From Octopus sinensis (lineage: Eukaryota), in assembly GCF_006345805.1 (NCBI RefSeq), contig NC_043014.1, positions 3,596,001-3,660,000 of the forward strand: DNA of 64,000 bases. Direction: 5' to 3'. A program made the translations under genes and the position numbers. Below, piece by piece: positions 36,266-49,013 of this stretch. The notes beneath the pieces were generated by a model, which was not told where the DNA came from, did no database searches, and saw only the letters and a list, made by a program, of their open reading frames with translations. Position 1 is the stretch's first letter. Every line of letters begins with the position of its first letter.

Positions 36266-37510
36266 CATCATCATCAGCATCATCATCATCGTTTAACGTC
36301 CGTTTTCCGCACTAGCACGGTTGGACGGTTCGACCGGGATCTTGGAGCCAGGGGCTGCACCAGGCTCCAGTCTTATCTGGCAGTGTTTCTACAGCTGGAT
36401 GCCCTTCCTAACGCCAACCACTCCGCGAGTGTAGTGGGAGCTTTTTACGTGCCACCAGCACAGGTGCCAGGGGAGTCTGGTATAGACCACGATTGGTTGG
36501 TGCTTTTAACGTGCCACCGGCATGGAAGCCAGTCAAGGCGGTGCTGGCATCGGCCATGTTCGGATGGTGCTCTTTATGTGCCACCGGCACAGGTGTCACA
36601 ACTACTATTTCCATTGATATTTATTTCGATGCTCATGTACTTGACTCAACAGATCTCCTCAAGTACAGCGGGATATTCTGGAATCCAAGGTACTTTGAAT
36701 GGGCAGGGGCTATGCGGAACTGGTACAGGAAGCAGCCCGGGTCTTTGCAGTCACAGCATATCTCCAGAGATCTCAGTCCTTCGTCATTGCCTCTGTGAGG
36801 CCCAACGCTCTGAGGTCATGCTTGACTACCTCATCCCATGTCTTCCTGGGTCTACCTCTCCCCCTGATACCTTCAACTGTTTGGGAGCGGCACTTCTTCA
36901 CACATCTCTCCTCATCCATCCGCAGTACATGACCATACCATCGCAAGCGTCTCTCTTGCACACCACATCTGATGCTTCTTATGTCCAGCATTTCTCTCAG
37001 GGTGCTTACACTCTGTCGTGCATTCACACTGACATTACACATCCAGTAGATCATGCTAGCTTCATTTCTTTCAAGTCTACGCATGTCCTCTGCAGTCACC
37101 GCCCATGTTTCACTACCGTGAAGCATGGCAGTTAGCACACATGCATCGTACAATCTACCTTTCACTCTGAGCGAGAGACCCTTTGTCGCCAGTAGGGGTA
37201 GGAGCTTTCTAAACTTTGCCCAGGCTATACTTATTCTAGTGGTGACACTCTCTGAGCATCCACCCCCACTACTAACTTGCTCACCTAGGAAGTGGAAGCT
37301 ATCAACTACTTCTAGTTTCTTCCCCTGGCATGTGATGGAATCTGTTTTCTGAGTATCTGTGGTGTCTACTGTCCCTGTGCATCTGCCGCACATGAAAGCT
37401 ATCTTATCAGTTAATTTCCCTTTGATACTGCTGCACCTCTTATGCGTCCATAGCTTGCACTGGGTACATCTAATGGAGTTTCTACCTACACCTTTCCTAC
37501 AGATCGAGCA
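36266..37510 (-). mobile_element. 5'-truncated RTE-clade LINE with 3' UTR and (GAT)n tail
   Basis: ORF remnant CSICRKGVG..FHFLG..AWAKF..LHGSETW..RLRWYGHVLRM..GRGRPRKTW. Continues into the GCCGGTGGCAC-repeat 3' region. Confidence 0.85.
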
Positions 37511-37894
37511 TATATATATATATATATATACACATACATACATACATATGTATAGGTGTATGTATGTATATATACGTATGTGTATATATATAACAATATT
37601 AAGGAATGGCCTTGATAGGCCATTCGACTCACTAGAAAGAGCAGCCAAACTCAAACTGCTAAATAGATGTAATTCTGAAACTATTTCTACTTTAGTTTCA
37701 GAATTACAACTATTTAGCGGTTTGAGTTTATCTGCTCTTTCTAGTGAGTTGAATGGCCTATCAGGGCCATTCCTTAATATTGTTGAATGTATATTATATA
37801 GTCTGTGACTATTTTTGCTTTCTCACTAGACCGCTGGTGGTGGAAAATTTTTCTTGAATTTTTTGCTACCCTTATATTGATAAATATGTGTATG

Positions 37895-37935
<41 letters not shown>

Positions 37936-38192
37936 GTGTGTGTGTGTATTGGTATATATGTATGTACAGAAACACACACACACATACTCACACATGCGTG
38001 TGTGTGACTGTCACCTTATCCTGAGATCCCCTAATGTTTGTAAATAAGCATCATCTGCTTACAAGGGATGCCACTGGGTCCAAAATGTCCATAAAAGACA
38101 TGTCTGGCCATGCAGAATGTAACCTTGGATTGGAGACAGGAATGGCATCAACCTAGAGAAATCTTCCTCAACTAATTCCATTCGACATATCG

Positions 38193-38618
38193 AAATCGAT
38201 CAACATCAATGGAAATTGGAGCTGTGATACCAGTGCCGGTGGCACGTAAGAGAACCATCCGAACGTGGCCGTTGCCAGCGCCGCCCTGACTGGCCTCGTG
38301 CCAGTGGCACGTAAAAAGCACCATCCGTTTGTGGCCGTTGCCAGCCTCACCTGGCCCCCATGCCGGTGGCACGTAAAAAGCACCATCTGATTGTGGCCGT
38401 TTGCCAGACTCGCCTGGCACCTGTGCCGGTGGCACGTAAAAAGCACCCACTACACTCTCGGAGTGGTTGGTGTTAGGAAGGGCATCCAGCTGTAGAAACA
38501 CTGCCAGATCAGACTGGGCCTGGTGCAGCCTCCTGGCTTCCCAGACCCCAGTTGAACCGTCCAACCCATGCCAGCATGGAAAGCGGACGCTAAACGATGA
38601 TGATGATGATGATGATGA
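38193..38618 (+). mobile_element. RTE-tail-type repeat
   Basis: Same family and tail. Confidence 0.75.
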
Positions 38619-38736
38619 TATCAGAGCAAGGAAGAGGGGTCGTTGTCTGTGTGTACGTATGTGTATATGGGTGTATGTATGCATTTGTGCAGGTGTATGT
38701 GTGAGTGTTTAGCAGAAAGAAGGGACATGAGTTTAC

Positions 38737-38828
38737 CCACATTGTTGTACATCTGTATATTCTTTGGAGTCCCTTGCAAATGGATAAGGCCCAGTCTTCT
38801 GTTCATCACATTCTCTTGTCTCTGGTTG
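38737..38828 (-). CDS. Candidate cytoplasmic-tail exon (frame ambiguous: ..SKEYTDV.. or ..QMYNNV..)
   Basis: ttttctctag acceptor and GTAAAC donor; 92 nt of non-repetitive sequence with two open frames. Confidence 0.4.
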
Positions 38829-38864
38829 CTAGAGAAAACACAAATACCAGATTACACATACCTT

Positions 38865-38901
<37 letters not shown>

Positions 38902-38906
<5 letters not shown>

Positions 38907-39276
38907 CTAAGTAATTAAGGGTTTAGCAACGAATTGCCTCACCAACACACCGAATTTAGAAATAGCAGTCAAAGAGATATAGCTATTCCTTCTACTAAAA
39001 GGGGGATCTCAGTAAAAACACAGCACTTGAAAGGCAAACACTTGCCTTTCAAGTGCTGTGTTTTTACTGAGATCCCCCTTTTAGTAGAAGGAATAGCTAT
39101 ATCTCTTTGACTGCTATTTCTAAATTCGGTGTGTTGGTGAGGCAATTCGTTGCTAAACCCTTAATTACTTAGTATTACTTAAATTTTCCTCGAATGGGGC
39201 TTTTACATGCCGAAATCTACTTGGTGTAATTGATAATTATTCCAAATCAATTAATTTCACCCTTCATTATTACTGA

Positions 39277-39280
<4 letters not shown>
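38902..39280. repeat. Perfect 136-bp-arm palindrome (4-nt loop) plus tail
   Basis: 38902-39177 is self-complementary. Relatives at 18770-19030 (single arm) and 49012-49690. Confidence 0.85.
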
Positions 39281-39319
<39 letters not shown>

Positions 39320-39469
39320 ATATATAAAATTTAAATTAGAGATAAAACCACTATTATGCAACTCAAACAGTGATAGACATAAACCAAAGCATAAATAACA
39401 AATAAAATAAAATATATATATATATATGTATATCTGTATCTATCCATCTATCTATCCATCTGTCCATCC

Positions 39470-39502
<33 letters not shown>

Positions 39503-39518
39503 CCTATCTATCTATCTT

Positions 39519-39551
<33 letters not shown>

Positions 39552-39837
39552 TTATATATGTATCTTTACAAAAATGTATATATGTATATACACATATTGA
39601 TGTATATATATTTGTATATGCACTTATGATACAGATATATAAATGCATACACACAAATACACACACAAGTACACCTACACACACACACACACACTCATAT
39701 TCCAGCATGAATTCTTTACCCCATTTTTATTTTTTTAACTCTGAAATTTTAAAAGTACTTTTGTGATTCATAACCATATTTAGTTGTCATCCATGAAATG
39801 CATTAACCATTTGTTAATACCATTCTGTAAATATGTA

Positions 39838-40435
39838 CATGAAGATATCTGCGGCTTTATATAGCTATGGTAAGACCTCACCTGGAATTTGCATCACCGG
39901 TCTGGAACCCCTATCTTGCCCAGGATATCAATCGTCTGGAAGCTGTTCAGTGACGTGCAACCAAGAGAATACCCTCCATCGGGCATTTGCCATATTCTGA
40001 ACGCCTTACTTCCCTGGGCATGGACACATTGAAACTCCTACATCTGGCAGCTGACTTGGCAGACACCCATAAAATTATTAAACATCTTACAAACAATAAC
40101 TCTGAGCACCTTTTCAAACTCCACCTGTCTAACACCTGTGGACATATTTACAAAGTCAGAAAACAGCACAGCTCCCATGACTTTAGGAAGCAATTTTCGC
40201 GCTGAGAGTTGCTGAAGCATGGAACAAACTGCCGGCATCAGTTGTTAGTTGTCGGAGCACTGCATCCTTCAAAACTTCCATGCTTTCTGAGATTCGCCAA
40301 CACGACACCTGATTTTCTCCCCTCCATATACACGCAAGCATGTATCTGACTCATACATTGTTCGCTTTCCAGACATTTGTACATTACTGCATATACTCTG
40401 ACAAGTTGTGGTGCACCTGAGCACTGTATACAATA

Positions 40436-40474
<39 letters not shown>

Positions 40475-40510
40475 ATTATTATTATTATTATTATTATCAT
40501 CATTATTATT
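39838..40510 (+). mobile_element. CR1-clade LINE 3' fragment with (TTA)n tail
   Basis: Translates VRPHLEFASPVWNPY..RATK..YSERL..AWNKLP, with stops and frameshifts. Confidence 0.8.
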
Positions 40511-40932
40511 ATAAGATTGTCACAAAGCATCAAAGAACTCGCAAATTTGTAAAAGCACAAACAGGAAATGTGAGAATTGGTCTCTGTGCATGTATGACAT
40601 AGTGGAAGCATTTTGAGAGAGAATTTGGCCATAAAAGGCATCAGATGTATTGTGCAAGAGAGAGGACTGCATTGGTATGCAATGGGTCAGTCCACCTCTT
40701 GTCACTTAAGGGTGGTCGGAATCCTTCCACAATACATTGTCAAAGCTATTCTTACTAAAATTAATATACATACACTCATATATTCGAGGCGGTGCCCCAG
40801 CATGGCCACAGTCAAATGACTCAAACAACTAAAACATAAATGGCATAGGTATATTCATATATACACATAGGCACACACACAGACATACACCATTTGTGTG
40901 TGTATATATGCATACACAAACATGAATCTGCA

Positions 40933-41112
40933 GTAGCACCACTCCTGGTAGCCCCACCCCTGGTAGCCCCACCCCTTGTAGCCCCACCCCTGGTAGCACC
41001 ACCCCTGGTAGCCCCACCACTGGTAGCCCCATCCCTGGTAGCACCACCCCTGGTAGCCCCACCCCTGGTAGCCCCACCCCAGGTAGCTCCACCCCTGGTA
41101 GCCCCACCCCAA
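40933..41112. repeat. 15-bp minisatellite, 12 copies (GTAGCCCCACCCCTG)
   Basis: Direct count of units. Confidence 0.9.
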
Positions 41113-41149
41113 CAGTGGCAATGTAAAATTAAGCAAAATCTTATCTTAC

Positions 41150-41171
41150 TTTTGTGGAGTTTTTCGAGGTT
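41150..41171 (-). CDS. Candidate 22-nt juxtamembrane microexon (KPRKTPQ)
   Basis: tttcag acceptor and GTAAGA donor; phase matches the TM exon. Confidence 0.45.
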
Positions 41172-41457
41172 CTGAAAGAGATTAAGAGAGATTTAATTAA
41201 TGGAATTGGTTAAAGAGAACAGAATCTTTTCTGTAAAGTACGTACACACAAAAACAGACACACACGCACGCATACACCAAATCAAACACACACAAACATT
41301 GACTCACTCACAGAATTGGTAAAAGGTAAAATATATAGAAGGAAGAAAGGTAAATGTTACCTACAGGTAGACAAAAGGAATAAAACCAAAGGCAAGGTGG
41401 ACATAGACATGTAATTTAAAGGTGGTTTATAAGAAATCTGAATTGACATAAACTAAC

Positions 41458-41571
41458 TTTGAATTTTTGCCGGTGTAGCTCTATATTTGTACAGAATGAT
41501 GGAAAAGACAATCACAATGATGAGGATGATTAGCGTTCCTATGACACTTTTAATCATAATATTCACCGTTT
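41458..41571 (-). CDS. Transmembrane-domain exon of a single-pass membrane protein
   Basis: Polypyrimidine tract with CAG acceptor, GTTAGT donor, 114 nt, phase 1-1. TVNIMIKSVIGTLIILIIVIVFSIILYKYRATPAKIQ: hydrophobic run followed by basic residues. Confidence 0.7.
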
Positions 41572-42034
41572 CTGATCAAAAGAAAAGAAGAAATTCATTA
41601 GAAATGAAAAAAAAAAAGAAAAAGAAAAACACAAATGAAAGAAGTAAATTTGAGAGACAAGCTTCAATGATTTTATCCAAAAATATTTTTATAAAAATAT
41701 AATAGTATACCTTCTTGCTACATCCGATAAGATTCAACGTTATAATGTTTTTCATGATTCTAATTAATTTCTAAAATTTTGAATCGAAACAGCTGTCAGA
41801 GACTATGTCAATTTTTGTAATTAATAAATAATTATTAATTTATCCTTCTGCATTTTCTAATTTTTCTTGAGTAATTACAAACCTCAGTTTACCCAATTTC
41901 CTTGTTCTTGAATATTAAATACAATATTCAATATTTATAATAGATAATATACCAGTAAATTCATTCGATTTTTTACCTCTTCATGAGGTATTTAACCTTT
42001 AACTGAACATGTATATATATATACACACATACAT

Positions 42035-42134
42035 NNNNNNNNNNNNNNNNNNNNNNNNNNNNNNNNNNNNNNNNNNNNNNNNNNNNNNNNNNNNNNNNNN
42101 NNNNNNNNNNNNNNNNNNNNNNNNNNNNNNNNNN
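42035..42134. other. Assembly gap (100 N)
   Basis: Run of N. Confidence 1.
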
Positions 42135-42374
42135 CATATTGACATTTCTGTGATTACGATCCCTATTGATCAACTTTTTTTCCTCTCCGCTTTTCTTTTT
42201 TTAATCCCTCTCCCCCCTGTTTTTAAAAATCCTCCCCTTTTTTTGTCCTCTATCTTTCTTTTTACGATCCCTTTTGATCGAAAACCAACCCCCATTTTTT
42301 TTAGCCCCAAAAGAAATGCTCTACCTTGTAATTTGTTCTGTCTGTGTGCAGCCCTGTGTGGCTAATAAAGAAAC
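42135..42374 (+). mobile_element. 3' UTR of a second, upstream Tx1 copy (cut by the gap)
   Basis: Paralogous to 45340-45527, with the same AATAAAGAAAC end followed by (TATC)n. Confidence 0.8.
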
Positions 42375-42441
42375 ATATCTATCTATCTATATATCTATCT
42401 ATCTATCTGTCTGTCTGTCTGTCTGTCTGTCTGTATGTCTG

Positions 42442-42476
<35 letters not shown>

Positions 42477-42641
42477 ATCTATCTGTCTGTCTGTCTGTCT
42501 GTCTGTATGTCTGTCTATCTCTCTATCTCTCTATCTCTCTATCTATCTATCTATCTATCTACCTATCTACATATCTATCTATCTATGTATCTATCTCTAT
42601 ATCTATCTATCTATCTATCTATCCATCTATCTAATCTATCC

Positions 42642-42706
<65 letters not shown>

Positions 42707-42707
<1 letters not shown>

Positions 42708-45527
42708 GGCAATTAGAAGCGGCATCGCATCCGACGTTTTGGCGGCGAGGTTGGCCCTCGACCAACACTTCAACGCCAAGCACGAAGATGTGCTGTCAGA
42801 GCTAGGATGCGTGCTCTAAGGAACGAAGGTGTTGGAGCCGCGAGAGAGGCCCGGGTGGCAGAGGCGCAACAGGGCAGCAAAGCCACCATTCGGTCCCTGG
42901 TAGATGAACAGGGGCACGAATTGCTTGAGCCAAGTAAAATGTGTGAGGCCTTTCAGCAGCATTTTGCCCGACTGTTCGGGACGAGTGGAGGGCAAGAACG
43001 TAGAGTGGACTTCAGTGCCCACCTACATAGCCTACCACGACTCTCGACAAGAAAGGCAGGGTGCTGCGAAGGTACGGCGGCGGAAGTGCAGGAGGCGATG
43101 GCAGAATGCTCGAGGGACAAATCACCGGGTTTGGATGGTCTACCCTACAAGCTTTACAATTGTATGCCAGACTTGTTTGGAGATCTCTTGGCGGCGGTGT
43201 ACTGCAACTGGCAGCAAAACGGGAGCATTCCTGGTTTTGTGAGCCGAGGAGCTGTAACACTGCTGAAGAAAGATCTAAACAAGGGAAATGTAATAGATAA
43301 CTTTAGGCCCATCACTCTACTTAATGCAGACTTGAAAATTTTGGCCAAGGTGCTAGCCAAGAGGTTGGCGCTTGTCATCGAGAAACTGGTCGACAGGGCG
43401 CAAACATGCGCCGTGCCGGGCCGGACCATCCATGACAACCTCCACCTGATGCGCTACATCATAGACAGGGTAGTTAACGAACCTGGCATGGGTGGGGCGC
43501 TGATCAATCTTGATCAATCGAAAGCTTTCGATAGGGTAGACCATCGATACTTGGAGGCGGTCCTAAGAGCGGCAGGCTTCGGTCCCGTCTTCCGCGGCTG
43601 GATAGCCGCTTTGTACAGAGGTATCCGTTCGGTATTTCGCGTGAATGGACATCTATCGAGACCCTTCGACATCGCACGTTCGGTCCGTCAGGGATGCCCC
43701 CTCTCGTCGCTTCTATACGTATTGACTCTCGAGCAATTATTGCGGAAGCTGGCAACTTTGAGGGGCATCCCGCGAGAACTGGGATGCGGGACGAGCGTGT
43801 CTGCATACGCGGACGACGTCACCGTCATAGTGTCTAGCCACGAGCACATCGAGCTGGTCGGCGAGACACTGAAAAACTACGAAGCGGTGACAGGAGCGAA
43901 AATCAACCGGGAAAAGTCAGTGGGCTTGCGACTAGGCACCTGGAGAAGCAAGCCCATGCCGTCCACCAGCGCCTCCGTCGTGGGACGCTGGACCGACGGC
44001 CCGGTTGAGTTGCTCGGGGTCTAGTTTGGTCCGGACCTCCAAGTGGAGAAGAACTGGAACGAGATAACGAGTAGGGTGGTCACTCTCGCCCGGCAATGGG
44101 CCGAGAAGAAACTGTCCCTAAAAGGTCGGGCGGAGGTGGCGAACACGTACATCGCGTCCGTCATCTACTACCGCCTATCCGTCGTACCTTGTCCCGACCC
44201 TACCATCACCAAACTACAACGCATTCTCTTTCGCTTCTTGTGGAAAGGATGCGTCCCGATGGTCAGGCGATCCATTTGCTGTCAACACCCGCTAAAAGGA
44301 GGGCTGGGTATGCCGTGGTTGATGATGCGCAGACACGCGCCGAGACTGCGACATCTCTGGCTCTATGTAGACGACGGTGAACAGGTGTGGTCGCCGTTTG
44401 TGAGGCACGCTTTCCCGCAGCTCGTCTCCATGACCGAACTGCAGTCGTGGATCAAAAAGAGGCCGAGGAAGGGCGAATGGCACCGCGAGTGTCGCGTTGC
44501 TCTCAAGCAACTCTGCCGTCCCGGGTCGACCTTGAGTGACTTCAACACAACCAAAGCATTCTATAGGGGATTAGTGGAGGGGAGGTACGACGACGACCTC
44601 GGGGCAAACCTGGACGTCGACGAGGAGTCTCTGACCCGCCTGTTCAGGACGACTTTCGGGCCAGGGCCCATGGACAACTTCCAGAGATCCCTGGCCTGGC
44701 AGTGCGACCGAGAAGCGCTACCCGTTCGGGATAAGCTCTACAGACACGGCTCGAGAAACACGGGGCCGACCTGCCCGAGATGCGGTCAGAGCGACGAAAC
44801 CGTTCTGCACGCACCCGTGCAGTGTCCAACAATTTCCGACCTGTGGGCTTATGTCGAACAGCTGCTGTCACGTGTGGGACGTGTCGGTTTATCAGCTGAG
44901 TCTATCGTCAATATTGTCACGCCTCCTTCCTTCAAACGGGAAGGAAGAGCTATTTTCATCATCCTTGTGGCTATGGCGAAAGAATGTATCTGGTGGACGC
45001 GTCTGAAAGGATTGGAGACAAACACTCTCCTCTCTGGTCAATCTCCCATCAACTTCTTCAAGTACCACTTGAAAAGGAAAGTGAGAGTAGAGAGGCAAGT
45101 TTTGTCTAGCGAATGTTTTAAAAAAAGATGGGTGAATGTAGCAAGGATGGCACGTATGAATGACGAAGCCACCTTGAGCATAATCCTATGAACCCAGAAA
45201 TTGAAAACAGAGGGTTACCCACTTGCAAACAAATGTGGTAACATATAACAATATTGACCAAGGTTACCGTGGTCTTTTTCGTAGGCTTTTCTTCCCACGG
45301 ATAAACCTTACTTGCTTTCCTCTTTACACCATGTATCATAACACTGTGATACACGATCCCTATTGATCGTTCTTTTTTTTCCTCTTTTACGATCCCTCTT
45401 GATCGAAAACCTACGCCACCCCCATTTTTTTTTCTTTTGTTTTTTGTTCTCTTCATCCCCCAAAAGAAAAGCTCTACCTTGTAACTTGTCCCATCTGTGT
45501 GCATCCCTGTGTGGCCAATAAAGAAAC
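42707..45527 (+). mobile_element. 5'-truncated Tx1-clade (L1 group) LINE, ORF2 remnant plus 3' UTR
   Basis: RT motifs SPGLDG, FRPITLLN, LDQSKAFDRVDH, QGCPLS and YADD; C-terminal CPRC..H..C knuckle. One TGG-to-TAG stop at 44022. Ends AATAAAGAAAC then (TATC)n. Confidence 0.9.
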
Positions 45528-45595
45528 TTATCTATCTATCTATCTGTCTGCTGTCTGTCTATCTATCTATCTATATATATCTATCCTTCTATGTA

Positions 45596-45636
<41 letters not shown>

Positions 45637-45959
45637 CCTATCTATCTATCTGTCTGTCTATCTACCTACCTATCTATCTATCTGTCTGTCTATCTACCTA
45701 CCTATCTATCTATCTGTCTCTCTGTCTGTCTATCCGCAAATCTATCAATCCATACACACACACATATTTACACACACGCACACACACATATTTACACACA
45801 CGTACACATACATAATACATACACACATATTTACACACACGTACACATACATAATACATACACACATATTTACACACACGCACACATACATACCTAAATA
45901 AATACATGCATACAGACATACATATGTTAACACAAAATCCATGACTTACCGTTTTTGAT

Positions 45960-48905
45960 GGGAGCACAATATTGACGGTCTCGGGACAACAAAGCAGATC
46001 AAGAAGGGAACCTTTAATAATTGAGAATTAAAACGTCGAAATTGTTAGATATAATCTGCCTGTAAGATATAATCGGTGTCTCCTCTACAAAATTTCCTTT
46101 CTCCGATAGCGTACACCTGGATATAGGCTTTGAACTCCACTACGCAACTGTGGTGCCAACAATGTCTGCACAGGTGGGATAAGAATACCCTAAATCCCCA
46201 GCTTTCGGATTGTATTATGGAGTGAAACCTACTAGGTGTGTGGGTTCACCTCTTGAAGCTAAGGCTGAATACGAAGGACCACTGTGGCTGCTGTAAGTAT
46301 ATGCAGCAAACACCGAGGTCAAATACAAATCCTTCCTAAGCAAATTCACCTCAGCTTTAGATATATTTGGGGTAAAGTCATTTGTCCTGCAAGGAGACTT
46401 CAGTGCACACCTTGGCACTGATAACCGTGAGAAGGATTGATTGAAAGGAATGTCGTCAGTGAACTTAATGGAGAGATCATAGCAGCCTTCTGTGCAGGAT
46501 ACACACTCTCCACTCTATGGTATGGATATTATTTTAAGACAGGGATATTTATAAGGGTACCTGGAATAGAAATACTTGGTGACAGAGGTTTCTGATAGAG
46601 TTCGGTCATCTTCCACTCTTTGCTGAACGTTTGTGTAAGAGGACGGGTGGAGTTATCAACTCGTCACTACCTAAATGTTCTAGTGCCGAACACTAGAAAT
46701 TGGTAAGTCCAGCTCGACTTACAGAATACAGTTGGCAGCCGCAGTGGATGCTGGGATCAGAAACAAAATTGTGGAGACTTTTGCATCCAAATTGAGAGTG
46801 ACCCGCCTGAATGAAGTTGGACATCGAAATCGATTCGTGATTGTATTATTTTATTCGGCAGGTTCTTCTTCGGTTGAACGCTTATTTGAGCTAAACTCAC
46901 TTAAAAGTGATAAAGCTGCTGGTGAAAAGCACGTTCGGCTTGATATTTTAGAAACCTTAAATACAGATGGTATTCTCTGAGTGACCCATGTATGCTAGGT
47001 GGATGGGAACCCTGGGAAAAACACCAAGGCAATGGTAATATGGGGTGACAATCACAATTTTTTTCAAACAGAGACCAAAGATTGTGTTCTAATTATCGAA
47101 AAGTCTATTCTAGATGTCAGGAAACGATAAGTGGGGAAATTGTCGCGCCCAAGATTACTGTCCTGGTTGCAGTACACCCGACCAGAGAGTCGTTCAAAGA
47201 TAGATCTTCCAGAAAACGTTGAAGCATTTCCAAGAGGAATACACTGTAAACCACGAAAAGGCATACGATCACGTGCCCTGGGGCATGTTGTGGGTGATTT
47301 ACCATGAAGGTGAGTTTAATGTGCAAATACTGTTTGCCATAAAGAACTTATATGGATGTTCAAATGTTTGTATTTATGTAAAAGTCGAAAGTTTTCAACG
47401 TGAAGGTTTCACTTAGTTGAAGTGTGCATTGTTAGTGCCCCTTCTCACATTCTTTTTGTGATCTGGTTGAATATGCGCAGCCATTGTGGTAGAGGTATCC
47501 CAATTCATCTCTGCGTGATCGGTCGACTGTTATTTGTAGACGACATGCTGCTACCTGATTCGTCTGATGGTCACCAACAACGTGCACTGAATTGGTTGGC
47601 TGACGAGTACCCCAAGGCATGACTGACAAATATGCACTCTGTAGGAAAATGGAAGATCATTATTTCGGGTCTCTATTCACGAACGATTGGAGCACAAGTG
47701 TGAACAGAATGCTGAATTGTAGATATAAACGCAGTGAAGCGCCAGCTCGGGCATTTGATTATCAGATGGAGAGGGCATTCCATGCTTTTCGTATGCAAGC
47801 CGGCGGGGCTCGCTCTGAGCACTCTAATTTGTTCACTGTGAACATACCGGCCGCCTCGGACACTCGGTGAAGTGCACACTCGGATGAACCGTGCGGGCCG
47901 AAACAATTCTCGACGTAGCACTGCATATTTACTCATATACACACAATAAATGGCTAGTATATTAGAGTAACGTTTTATTTAGGAAATTATTGTAAATAGA
48001 ACATATTTTGAAATAAATTCAGGCAAGTGTCTTAGTATATATTATTGTGGAAATATGGATAGTAATGTGGAACTAATTCAAAGTTGGTGAAGTTTTAAAT
48101 CATTAGTTAAGGAAACACGGGTAAAATTCTTTATCTATAAAATTAGTTCTTACTTGGCGTATCATCAGGTTTATCGTCGAGAGATTTCTTGGAGATGAAA
48201 CGGTTCTGTGAAAACAGAAATAGCATCATATAAATAGAACTTCAGGATATTTATTATCGTTTAGAACTTAAAACAATGCAATAGATGACAACATATTCGG
48301 TCAGGTATCATTGCAAGCAATACCATTTCAACCCCTTAGGAATCTTCTAGAAGGCGCTTCCATCCCGTCAAACGATTTTCTGAACAATATCAGACAATAC
48401 AACACTGAATTTCAAATGACATCGTTTGGTGAATCTAAGAAGATAGATAAACATGAATTTACGCCGACGTCAAAGTTCAATGGCAACTCTATCCCCTCAA
48501 TGGTTCCCTGGTACCCGCGAATGAACAACCACAGTTACTCCAAATTTGCACTATGAGTGATATAGGACATCAAACCCGACGTGAGGTGTCAAAATTTACG
48601 ATGATGGGCCGTGTTAGATACAGCGCATACTGCTGCAAAGGTGAGTATATCCACTGACAGCTTTACGGTGCGTTCAAAAATCACACAAACCCCACCTCTA
48701 ATTTTGCATGACAGGTTAGGGCCTGAAACACTCCAAACGGACGCATAGCATGTTGCTTAGTCGAATTAGCCCAGCATTTACTCTACAAATGTTTTGTTGT
48801 CAATGTTACACTTTCCAATATCACCTGTTTCAAAATGACTGGAATATATTATATACCAACTTTGCCATTTTAATCCCCAGCAATACCGGGTACGTCTGCT
48901 AGTAC
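45960..48905 (+). mobile_element. Composite fossil block: RTE-like LINE (~45960-47870) plus Helitron Rep fragment (~48300-48600)
   Basis: Endonuclease-like LQGDFSAHLG; RT-like EKAYDHVP..LW and LLFVDD; Helitron-like FLNNIRQYN..FQMTSFG..GSLVP..QLLQI. Confidence 0.7.
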
Positions 48906-48963
48906 ACACACACACACACACACACACATATTTATACACACATATTTCTCCACACACACACAT

Positions 48964-49011
<48 letters not shown>

Positions 49012-49013
<2 letters not shown>

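Noticed and set aside
39185-39225. GGC-loop-GCC-GAAA in the palindrome tails (also 18950-18990) as a hammerhead
   Set aside because: No CTGANGA and no stem I pairing.
40829-41175. GWGYQ / GLPGV / VAPPL repeat as a structural (beak or sucker-type) protein
   Set aside because: A 15-bp unit is open in many frames by construction. No supported ATG or splice context, and it lies just inside an apparent intron.
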